The position numbers and the translations under genes were made by a program. The notes below the pieces were generated by a model, which ran no database searches, was not told the origin of the DNA, and saw nothing but the letters and a program-made list of their open reading frames with translations. Below, piece by piece: positions 1 to 11,699 of a stretch of 64,000 nucleotides of DNA. The DNA comes from the human T2T-CHM13v2.0 reference genome, Homo sapiens, in NCBI RefSeq assembly GCF_009914755.1, contig NC_060925.1; one strand, given 5' to 3'. Each line of letters starts with the position of its first letter. The first letter of the stretch is position 1.

Positions 1-201
1 GAGAATGCTTCTGTCCAGTTTTTACTCGAAGCTATTTCCTTTACTACCGTAGGCCACAAAGCGTTCCAAATCTCCACTTGCAGATACTACGAAAAGAGTG
101 TTTCAACCTGAACTCACAAGGGACGGTTCAACTCTGTGAGTTGAATGCCAACATCACGAAGAAGTTCCTGACAATGCTTCTGTTTAGTTAGGTGAGGTTT
201 A

Positions 202-218
202 TCCCGTTTCCAACGAAA
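202..218 (-). promoter_or_regulatory. CENP-B box (representative; recurs every ~1530 bp in this monomer)
   Basis: Minus strand TTTCGTTGGAAACGGGA fits NTTCGNNNNANNCGGGN. Confidence 0.92.
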
Positions 219-1396
219 TCCTCAGAGAAGTCCAAATATCCACTTGCAGATCCTACAAAAAGTGTGTTTCGAAACTGCTCCATCCAAAGGAATGTTCAGC
301 TCTGTGAGTTGAACTCAATCGTCACAAAGTGTTTCCTGAGAATGCTACTGTCTAGATTTCATGGGCAGTGATTTCCTCTACTGCCTTAGGCTTCAAAGCG
401 GTCCAAATCTCCCCTTGCAGATTCTACCAAAAGTGTGTTTCCAAACGGCTCTACCAAAGGGAATGTTCAACTCTGTGACTTGAAAGGAATCATCAAAATG
501 TAGTTTCGGAGAATGCTTCCATCTAGCTTTTATGAGGAGATATTTCCTTTTCCACCACAGGCCTCGAAGCCCTCCAAATGTCCACTTGCAGATTCTAGAA
601 AGAGAGGGTTTCAAAGCTGCTCTATCAAAAGGAAAGTACAACTCTGGGATTTGAATGCAAACATCAGAAAGAAGTCTCTGAGCATGCTTCCATTTAGCTT
701 TCATGGGAAGATTATCCCTTTTCCATCGAAATCTTCAAAGAGGTCCAAGTATCCGCTTGCAGGTCCCTCTGAAAGAGTGTTTCCAAGCTGCTGTATCAAA
801 AGGAGCCTTCCACTCCGTGAGTTGAATGCAGTCATCACAAAGAAGAAGTTTCTGACAATGCTTCTCTCTAGTTTTTATGTGAAGATATTTCCTTTTCCAC
901 CACAGGCCTGAAAGTGCTCCAAATGTCCACTTGGAGACTCTACGAAAAGAATGTTTCAAAACTGTTCTATGAAAAGCAAGGTTAAACTCTGGGAGTTGAA
1001 CACATGCCTCACAAAGATGTTTCTGAGAAGGCATCTGTTTACTCTTTATGTGAAGATATTCCCGTTTGCAAAGAAATCTTCACAGAGTTCCAGCTATTCA
1101 TGTGCAGATTCTAGAGAAACAGAGTTTCGAAACTGCTCTATCCAAAGGAATGTTCAACTCTCTGAGTTCAATGCAATCATCACAGAGTGGTTTCTGAGAA
1201 GGCTTCTGTCTGGATTTTATGTGAAAATATACCCGTTTCGAAAAAAGGCCACAAAGTGCTCCAAATATCCACTTGGAGATCCTACAAAAAGAGTGTTTCA
1301 AACGTGAGCTATCGAAGGAAGGTTCAACTCTGGACTTTGAATGCAAACTTCCCAAAGAAGTTTCTGCGAAAGCTTCTGTTTAGTTAGGTGACGTTA

Positions 1397-1413
1397 TCCC
1401 GTTTCCAACGAAA
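1397..1413 (-). promoter_or_regulatory. CENP-B box (representative of a second box-bearing monomer)
   Basis: Minus strand TTTCGTTGGAAACGGGA. Confidence 0.92.
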
Positions 1414-2761
1414 TCCTCAGAGAGGTCCAAATATCCACTTGCAGATGCTACAAAAAGTGTGTTTCAAAACTGCTCCATCCAAAGGAATGTTCAGCTCTGT
1501 GAGGTACACTCAAACATCACAAAGTATTTTCTGAGAATGCTTCTGTCCAGTTTTTACTCGAAGCTATTTCCTTTACTAACATAGGCCACAAAGCGTTCCA
1601 AATCTCCACTTGCAGATACTACGAAAAGAGAGTTTCATCCTGATCTCACAAGGGACGGTTCAACTCTCTGAGTTGAATGCCAACATCACGAAGAAGTTCC
1701 TGACAATGCTTCTGTTTAGTTAGGTGAGGTTTATCCCGTTTCCAACGAAATCCTCAGAGAAGTCCAAATATCCACTTGCAGATCCTACAAAAAGTGTGTT
1801 TCGAAACTGCTCCATCCAAAGGAATGTTCAGCTCTGTGAGTTGAACTCAATCGTCCAAAGTGTTTCCTGAGATTGCTACTGTCTAGATTTCATGGGCAGT
1901 GATTTCCTCTACTGCCTTAGGCTTCAAAGCAGTCCAAATCTCCCCTTGCAGATTCTACCAAAAGTGTGTTTCCAAACGGCTCTACCAAAGGGAATGTTCA
2001 ACTCTGTGACTTGAAAGGAATCATCAAAATGTAGTTTCGGAGAATGCTTCCATCTAGCTTTTATGAGGAGAGATTTCCTTTTCCACCACAGGCCTCGAAG
2101 CCCTCCAAATGTCCACTTGCAGATTCTAGAAAGAGAGGGTTTCAAAGCTGCACTATCAAAAGGAAAGTACAACTCTGGGATTTGAATGCAAACATCAGAA
2201 AGAAGTCTCTGAGCATGCTTCCATTTAGCTTTTATGGGAAGATTATCACTTTTCCATCGAAATCTTCAAAGAGGTCCAAGTATCCGCTTGCAGGTCCCTC
2301 TGAAAGAGTGTTTCCAAGCTGCTGTATCAAAAGGAGCCTTCCACTCCGTGAGTTGAATGCAGTCATCACAAAGGAGAAGTTTCTGACAATGCTTCTCTCT
2401 AGTTTTTATGTGAAGATATTTCCTTTTCCACCACAGGCCTGAAAGCACTCCAAATGTCCACTTGGAGATTCTACGAAAAGAATGTTTCAAAACTGTTCTA
2501 TGAAAAGCAAGGTTAAACTCTGGGAGTTGAACACATGCCTCACAAAGAAGTTTCTGAGAAGGCATCTGTTTACTCTTTATGTGAAGATATTCTCGTTTGC
2601 AAAGAAATCTTCACAGAGTTCCACCTATCCATGGGCAGATTCTAGAGAAACAGAGTTAAGAAACTGCTCTATCCAAAGGAATGTTCAACTCTCTGAGTTG
2701 AATGCAATCATCACAGAGATGTTTCTGAGAAGGCTTCTATCTGGATTTTATGTGAAGATAT

Positions 2762-2778
2762 ACCCGTTTCGAACGAAG
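2762..2778 (-). promoter_or_regulatory. CENP-B box (third box-bearing monomer; intact only in layer 1)
   Basis: Minus strand CTTCGTTCGAAACGGGT fits the consensus. This form of the box is typical of SF3 arrays. Confidence 0.88.
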
Positions 2779-5700
2779 GCCACAAAGTGCTCCAAATATC
2801 CACCTGCAGTTCCTACAAAAAGAGTGTTTTAAACGTGAGCTATCGAAGGAAGGTTCAACTCTGGACTTTGAATGCAAACGTCCCAAAGAAGTTTCTGCGA
2901 AAGCTTCTGTTTAGTTAGGTGAGGTTTATCCCGTTTCCAACGAAATCCTTAGAGAAGTCCAAATATCCACTTGCAGATCCTACAAAAAGTGTGTTTCGAA
3001 ACTGCTCCATCCAAAGGAATGTTCAGCTCTGTGAGATACACTCAATCATCACAATGTATTTTCTGAGAATGCTTCTGTAAAGTTTTAACTCGAAGCTATT
3101 TCCTTTACTACCGTAGGCCACAAAGCGTTCCAAATCTCCACTTGCAGATACTACGAAAAGAGAGTTTCAACCTGAACTCACAAGGGACGGTTCAATTCTC
3201 TGAGTTGAATGCCAAAATCACGAAGAAGTTCCTGACAATGCTTCTGTTTAGTTAGGTGAGGTTTATCCCGTTTCCAACGAAATCCTCAGAGAAGTCAAAA
3301 TATCCACTTGCAGATCCTACGAAAAGTGTGTTTCGAAACTGCTCCATCCAAAGGAATGTTCAGCTCTGTGAGTTGAACTCAATCGTCACAAAGTGTTTCC
3401 TGAGAATGCAACTGTCTAGTTTTTATGGGCAGTGATGTCCTCTACTGCCATAGGCTTCAAAGCGGTCCAAATCTCCCCTTGCAGATTCTACCAAAAGTGT
3501 GTTTCCAAACGGGTCTACCAAAGGGAATGTTCAACTCTGTGACTTGAAAGGAATCATCAAAATGTAGTTTCGGAGAATGCTTCCATCTAGCTTTTATGAG
3601 TAGATATTTCCTTTTCCACCACAGGCCTCGAAGCCCTCCAAATGTCCACTTACAGATTCTAGAAAGAGAGGGTTTCAAAGCTGCTCTAACAAAAGGAAAG
3701 TACAACTCTGGGAGTTGAATGCAAACATCACAAAGAAGTCTCTGAGCATGCTTCCATTTAGCTTTTATGGGAAGATTATCCCTTTCCCATCGAAATCTTC
3801 AAAGAGCTCCAAGTATCCGCTTGCAGGTCCCTCTGATAGAGTGTTTTCAAGCTGCTGTACCAAAAGGAGCCTTCCAATCCGTGAGTTGAATGCAGTCATC
3901 AGAAAGAAGAAGTTTCTGACAATGCTTCTCTCTAGTTTTTATGTGAAGATATTTCCTTTTCCACCACAGGCCTGAAAGCGCTCCAAATGTCCACTTGGAG
4001 ACTCTACGAAAAGAATGTTTCAAAACTGTTCTATGAAAAGCAAGGTTAAACTCTGGGAGTTGAACACATGCCTCACAAAGAAGTTTCTGAGAAGGCATCT
4101 GTTTACCCTTTATGTGAAGATATTCCCGTTTGCAAAGAAATCTTCACAGAGTTCCACCTATCCATGAGAAGATTCTAGAGAAACAGATTTTCGAAACTGC
4201 TCTATCCAAAGGAATGTTCAACTCTCTGAGTTGAATGCAATCATCACAGAGAGGTTTCTGAGAAGGCTTCTGTCTGGATTTTATGTGAAGATATACCCGT
4301 TTCGAACGAAGGCCACAAAGTGCTCCAAATATCCACCTGCAGATCCTACAAAAAGAGTGTTTCAAACGTGAGCTATCGAAGGAAGGTTCAACTCTGGACT
4401 TTGAATGCAAACGTCCCAAAGAAGTTTCTGCGAAAGCTTCTGTTTAGTTAGGTGACGTTATCCCGTTTCCAACGAAATCCTCAGAGAGGTCCAAATATCC
4501 ACTTGCAGATGCTACAAAAAGTGTGTTTCAAAACTGCTCCATCCAAAGGAATGTTCAGCTCTGTGAGTTACACTCAATCATCACAAAGTATTTTCTGAGA
4601 ATGCTTCTGTCCAGTTTTTACTCGAAGCTATTTCCTTTACTACCGTAGGCCACAAAGCGTTCCAAATCTCCACTTGCAGATACTACGAAAAGAGTGTTTC
4701 AACCTGAACTCACAAGGGACGGTTCAGCTCTCTAAGTTGAATGCCAACATCACGAAGAAGTTCCTGACAATGCTTCTGTTTAGTTAGGTGAGGTTTATCC
4801 CGTTTCCAACGAAATCCTCAGAGAAGTCCAAATATCCACTTGCAGATCCTACGAAAAGTGGGTTTCGAAACTGCTCCATCCAAAGGAATGTTCAGCTCTG
4901 TGAGTTGAACTCAATCGTCACAAAGTGTTTCCTGAGAATGCTACTGTCTAGTTCTTATGGGCAGTGATTTCCTCTACTGCCATAGGCTTCAAAGCGGTCC
5001 AAATCTCCCCTTGCAGATTCTAAAAAAAGTGTGTTTCCAAACGGCTCTACCAAAGGGAATGTTCAACTCTGTGACTTGAAAGGAATCATCATAATGTAGT
5101 TTCGGAGAATGCTTCCATCTAGCTTTTATGAGTAGATATTTCCTTTTCCACCACAGGCCTCGAAGCCCTCCCAATGCCACTTGCAGTTTCTAGAGAGAGA
5201 GGGTTTCAAAGCTGCTCTATCAAAAGGAAAGTACAACTCTGGGAGTTGAATGCAAACATCACAAAGAAGTCCCTGAGCATGCTTCCATTTAGCTTTTATG
5301 GGAAGATTATCCCTTTTCCATCGAAATCTTCAAAGAGCTCCAAGTATCCGCTTGCAGGTCCCTCTGAAAGAGTGTTTCCAAGCGGCTGTATCAAAAGGAG
5401 CCTTCCACTCCGTGAGTTGAATGCAGTCATCACAAAGAAGAAGTTTCTGACAATGCTTCTCTCTAGTTTTTATGTGAAGATATTTCCTTTTCCACCACAG
5501 GCCTGAAAGCGCACCAAATGTCCATTTGGAGACCCTACGAAAAGAATGTTTCAAAACTGTTCTATGAAAAGCAAGGTTAAACTCTGGGAGTTGAACACAT
5601 GCCTCACAAAGAAGTTTCTGAGAAGGCATCTGTTTACTCTTTATGTGAAGATATTCCCGTTTGCAAAGAAATCTTCACAGAGTTCCACCTATCCATGTGC

Positions 5701-8639
5701 AGATTCTAGAGAAACAGAGTTTCGAAACTGCTCTATCCAAAGTAATGTTCAACTCTCTGAGTTGAATGCAGTCATCACAGAGAGGTTCCTGAGAAGGCTT
5801 CTGTCTGGATTTTATGTGAAGATATACCCGTTTCGAACGAAGGCCACAAAGCGCTCCAAATATCCACTTGCAGATCCTACAAAAAGAGTGTTTCAAACGT
5901 GAGCTATCGAAGGAAGGTTCAACTCTGGATTTGAATGCAAACGTCCCAAAGAAATTTCTGCGAAAGCTTCTGTTTAGTTAGGTGACGTTATCCCGTTTCC
6001 AACGAAATCCTCGGAGAGGTCCAAATATCCACTTGCAGATGCTACAAAAAGTGTGTTTCAAAACTGCTCCATTCAAAGGAATGTTCAGCTCTGTGAGTTA
6101 CACTCAATCATCACAAAGTATTTTCTGAGAATGCTTCTGTCCAGTTTTTACTCAAAGCTATTTCCTTTACTACCGTAGGCCACAAAGCGTTCCAAATCTC
6201 CACTTGCAGATACTACGAAAAGAGTGTTTCAACCTGAACTCATAAGGGACGGTGCAACTCTGTGAGTTGAATGCCAACATCATGAAGAAGTTCCTGACAA
6301 TGCTTCTGTTTAGTTAGGTGACGTTTATCCCGTTTCCAACGAAATCCTTAGAGAAGTCCAAATATCTACTTGCAGATCCTACAAAAAGTGTGTTTCGAAA
6401 CTGCTCCATCCAAAGGAATGTTCAGCTCTGTGAGTTGAACTCAATCGTCACAAAGTGTTTCCTGAGAATGCTACTGTCTAGTTTTTATGGGCAGTGATTT
6501 CCTCTACTGCCATAGGCTTCAAAGTGGTCCAAATCTCCCCTTGCAGATTCTACCAAAAGTGTGTTTCCAAACGGCTCTACCAAAGGGAATGTTCAACTCT
6601 GTGACTTGAAAGGAATCATCAAAATGTAGTTTCGGAGAATGCTTCCATCTATCTTTTATGAGTAGATATTTCCTTTTCTACCAGAGGCCTCGAAGCCCTC
6701 CCAATGTCCACTTGCAGATTCTAGAGAGAGAGGGTTTCAAAGCTGCTCTATCAAAAGGAAAGTACAACACTGGGAGTTGAATGCAAACATCACAAAGAAG
6801 TCTCTGAGCATGCTTCCATTTAGCTTTTATGGGAAGATTATCCCTTTTCCATCGAAATCTTCCAAGAGCTCCAAGTATCCGCTTGCAGGTCCCTCTGATA
6901 GAGTGTTTCCAAGCGGCTGTATCAAAAGGAGCCTTCCACTCCGTGAGATGAATGCAGTCATCACAAAGAAGAAGTTTCTGACAATGCTTCTCTCTAGTTT
7001 TTATGTGAAGATATTTCCTTTTCCACCACAGGCCTGAAAGCGCTCCAAATGTCCACTTGGAGACTCTACGAAAAGAATGTTTCAAAACTGTTCTATGAAA
7101 AGCAAGGTTAAACTCTGGGAGTTGAACACATGCCTCACAAAGAAGTTTCTGAGAAGGCATCTGTTTACTCTTTATGTGAAGATATTCCCGTTTGCAAAGA
7201 AATCTTCACAGAGTTCCACCTATCCATGTGCAGATTCTAGAGAAACAGAGTTTCGAAACTTCTCTATCCAAAGGAATGTTCAACTCTCTAAGTTGAATGC
7301 AATCATCACAGAGAGGTTCCTGAGAAGGCTTCTGTCTGGATTTTATGTGAAGATATACCCGTTTCGAACGAAGGACACAAAGTGCTCCAAATATCCACTA
7401 GCAGATCCTACAAAAAGAGTGTTTCAAACGTGAGCTATCGAAGGAAGGTTCAACTCTGGACTTTGAATGCAAACGTCCCAAAGAAGTTTCTGCGAAAGCT
7501 TCTGTTTAGTTAGGTGACGTTATCCCGTTTCCAACGAAATCCTCAGGGAGGTCCAACTGTCCACTTGCAGATTCTACAAAAAGTGTGTTTCAAAGCTGCT
7601 CCATCTAAAGGAATGTTCCGCTCTGTGAGTTCAACTCAATCATCTCGAAGTATTTTCTGCGAATGCTTCTGTCCAGTTTTTAAAAGAAGCTATTTCCTTT
7701 ACTACCGTAGGCCTCAAAGCGTTCCATATCTCCACTTGCAGATACTACGAAAGGAGTGTTTCAACTTGAACTCACAAGGGAATGTTCAACCACGTGAGTT
7801 GAATGCCAACATCACGAAGAAGTTTCTGAGAATGCTTCTGTTTAGTTCTGTGAGGTTTTCCCGTTTCCAACGAAATCCACAGAGAAATCCAAACACCCAC
7901 TGGCAGATTCTACAAAAAGTGTGTTTCGAAACTGCTCCATCCAAAACAATGTTCAGCTCTGTGGGTTGAACTCAATCGTCACAAAGTGTTTCCTGAGAAT
8001 GCTGCTGTCTAGTTTTTATGGGCAGTGATTTCCTCTACTGCCATAGGCCTCAAAGCGGTCCAAATCTCCCCTTGCCGATTCTACCAAAAGTGTGTCTCCA
8101 AACGGCTCTATCAAAGGGAATGCTCAACTCTGTGACCTGAAAGCAGTCATCACAAAGTAGTTTCTGAGAATGCTTCCGTCTAGGTTTTATGAGTAGATAT
8201 TTCCTTTTCCACCACAGGCCTCGAAGCCCTCCAAATGTCCACTTGCAGATTCTAGAAAGAGAGGGTTTCAAAGCTGCTCTATCGAAAGGAAATTACAACT
8301 CTGTGAGTTGAATGCAAACATCACCAAGAAGGCTCTGAGCACGCTTCCGTTTAGCTTTTATGGGAAGATTATCCCTTTTCCATCGAAATCTCCAAAGAGG
8401 TCCAAATACCCGCTTGCAGGTCCCACTGAAAGCGTGCTTCCAAACTGCTGTATCAAAAGGAACCTTCAACTACGTGAGTTGAATGCCATCATCACAAAGA
8501 CGTTTCTGACAATGCTTCTCTCTGGTTTTGAGGTGAAGATATTTCCTTTTCCACCACAGGCCTGAAAGCGCTCCAAACGTCCACTTGGAGACTCTACGAA
8601 AAGAATGTTTCAAAACTGCTCTATGAAAAGCAAGGTTGA

Positions 8640-11600
8640 AGTCTGGGAGTTGAACACATGCCTCACAAAGGAGTTTCTGAGAAGGCATCTGTTTACTCTT
8701 TAAGTGAAGATATTCCCGTTTCCAAGGAAATCTTCACAGAGTTCCACCTATCCATGTGCAGATTCTAGAAAAAAGAGAGTTTCGAAACTTCTCTATCCAA
8801 AGGAATGTTCAACTCTGTGAGTTGCATGCAATCATCACAGAGAAGTTTCTGAGAAGGCTTCTGTCTGGATTTTATGTGAAGATATACCCATTTCGAACGA
8901 AGGCCACAAAGTGCTCCCAATATCCACTTGCAGATCCTACAAAAAGGGTGTTTCAAACGTGAACTGTCAAAGGGAGTTTCAACTCTGGACTTTGAATGCA
9001 AACGTCACAAAGAAGATTCTGCAAAAGCTTCTGTTCAGTTAGGTGACGTTATCCCGTTTCCAACGAAATCCTCAGGGAGGTCCAACTGTCCACTTGCAGA
9101 TTCTACAAAAAGTGTGTTTCAAAACTGCTCCATCCAAAGGAATGTTCCGCTCTGTGTGTTCAACTCAATCATCCCAAAGTATTTTCTGCGAATGCTTCTG
9201 TCCAGTTTTTACACGAAGCTATTTCCTTTACTACCGTAGGCCTCAAAGAGTTCCAAATCTCCACTTGCAGATACTATGAAAAGAGTGTTTCAACTTGAAC
9301 TCACAAGGGAATGTTCAACCCCGTGAGTTGAATGCCCACCTCACGAAGAAGTTTCTGAGAATGCTTCTGTTTAGTTCTGTGAGGTTTATCCCGTTTCCAA
9401 CGAAATCCACAGAGAAATCCAAACACCCACTGGCAGATTCTACAAAAAGTGTGTTTCGAAACTGCTCCATCCAAAACAATATTCAGCTCTGTGGGTTGAA
9501 CTCAATCGTCACAAAGTGTTTCCTGAGAATGCTGCTGTCTAGTTTTTATGGGCAATGATTTCCTCTACTGCCATAGGCCTCAATGCGGTCCAAATCTCCC
9601 CTTGCAGATTCTACCAAAAGTGTGTTTCCAAACGGCTCTATCAAAGGGAATGTTCAACTCTGTGACCTGAAAGCAATCATCACAAAGTAGTTTCTGAGAA
9701 TGCTTCCGTCTAGGTTTTATGAGTAGATATTTCCTTTTCCACCACAGGCCTCGAAGCCCTCCAAATGTCCACTTGCAGATTCTAGAAAGAGAGGGTTTCA
9801 AAGCTGCTCTATCGAAAGGAAAGTACAACTCTGTGAGTTGAATGCAAACATCACCAAGAAGGCTCTGAGCACGCTTCCGTTTAGCTTTTATGGGAAGATT
9901 ATCCCTTTTCCATCGAAATCTCCAAAGAGGTCCAAATATCCGCTTGCAGGTCCCACTGAAAGAGTGTTTCCAAACTGCTGTATCAAAAGGAACCTTCAAC
10001 TCCGTGAGTTGAATGCCATCATCACAAAGACGTTTCTGACAATGCTTCTCTCTGGTTTTGAGGTGAAGATATTTCCTTTTCCACCACAGGCCTGAAAGCG
10101 CTCCAAACGTCCACTTGGAGACTCTACGAAAAGAACGTTTCAAAACTGCTCTATGAAAAGCAAGGTTGAAGTCTGGGAGTTGAACACATGCCTCACAAAG
10201 GAGTTTCTGAGAAGGCATCTGTTTACTCTTTAAGTGAAGATATTCCCGTTTCCAAGGAAATCTTCACAGAGTTCCACCTATCCATGTGCAGATTCTAGAA
10301 AAAAGAGAGTTTCGAAACTTCTCTATCCAAAGGAATGTTCAACTCTGTGAGTTGCATGCAATCATCACAGAGAAGTTTCTGAGAAGGCTTCTGTCTGGAT
10401 TTTATGTGAAGATATACCCATTTCGAACGAAGGCCACAAAGTGCTCCCAATATCCACTTGCAGATCCTACAAAAAGGGTGTTTCAAACGTGAACTGTCAA
10501 AGGGAGTTTCAACTCTGGACTTTGAATGCAAACGTCACAAAGAAGATTCTGCAAAAGCTTCTGTTCAGTTAGGTGACGTTATCCCGTTTCCAACGAAATC
10601 CTCAGGGAGGTCCAACTGTCCACTTGCAGATTCTACAAAAAGTGTGTTTCAAAACTGCTCCATCCAAAGGAATGTTCCGCTCTGTGAGTTCAACTCAATC
10701 ATCCCAAAGTATTTTCTGCGAATGCTTCTGTCCAGTTTTTACACGAAGCTATTTCCTTTACTACCGTAGGCCTCAAAGAGTTCCAAATCTCCACTTGCAG
10801 ATACTATGAAAAGAGTGTTTCAACTTGAACTCACAAGGGAATGTTCAACCCCGTGAGTTGAATGCCCACCTCACGAAGAAGTTTCTGAGAATGCTTCTGT
10901 TTAGTTCTGTGAGGTTTATCCCGTTTCCAACGAAATCCACAGAGAAATCCAAACACCCACTGGCAGATTCTACAAAAAGTGTGTTTCGAAACTGCTCCAT
11001 CCAAAACAATATTCAGCTCTGTGGGTTGAACTCAATCGTCACAAAGTGTTTCCTGAGAATGCTGCTGTCTAGTTTTTATGGGCAATGATTTCCTCTACTG
11101 CCATAGGCCTCAATGCGGTCCAAATCTCCCCTTGCAGATTCTACCAAAAGTGTGTTTCCAAACGGCTCTATCAAAGGGAATGTTCAACTCTGTGACCTGA
11201 AAGCAATCATCACAAAGTAGTTTCTGAGAATGCTTCCGTCTAGGTTTTATGAGTAGATATTTCCTTTTCCACCACAGGCCTCGAAGCCCTCCAAATGTCC
11301 ACTTGCAGATTCTAGAAAGAGAGGGTTTCAAAGCTGCTCTATCGAAAGGAAAGTACAACTCTGTGAGTTGAATGCAAACATCACCAAGAAGGCTCTGAGC
11401 ACGCTTCCGTTTAGCTTTTATGGGAAGATTATCCCTTTTCCATCGAAATCTCCAAAGAGGTCCAAATATCCGCTTGCAGGTCCCACTGAAAGAGTGTTTC
11501 CAAACTGCTGTATCAAAAGGAACCTTCAACTCCGTGAGTTGAATGCCATCATCACAAAGACGTTTCTGACAATGCTTCTCTCTGGTTTTGAGGTGAAGAT

Positions 11601-11699
11601 ATTTCCTTTTCCACCACAGGCCTGAAAGCGCTCCAAACGTCCACTTGGAGACTCTACGAAAAGAACGTTTCAAAACTGCTCTATGAAAAGCAAGGTTGA
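8640..11699. repeat. Recent single-HOR tandem duplication (2 x 1530 bp, near-identical)
   Basis: Private variants AAAAAGGGTG, AGGGAGTTTC, AATGCCCACC, CAATGCGGTC and AAGAACGTTT are shared at a 1530-bp offset. Boundaries are approximate (+/-30 bp). Confidence 0.8.

Larger units (their letters stand above)
1..7500 (-). repeat. HOR layer 1 (variant haplotype, ~5 copies)
   Basis: Diagnostic variants: AAAGGAGCCTTCCACTCC, a 3-bp insertion in CACAAAGAAGAAGTTTC, ACAAGGGACGGTTC, GGAATCATCAAAATG, TAGAGAAACAGAG. Confidence 0.85.
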
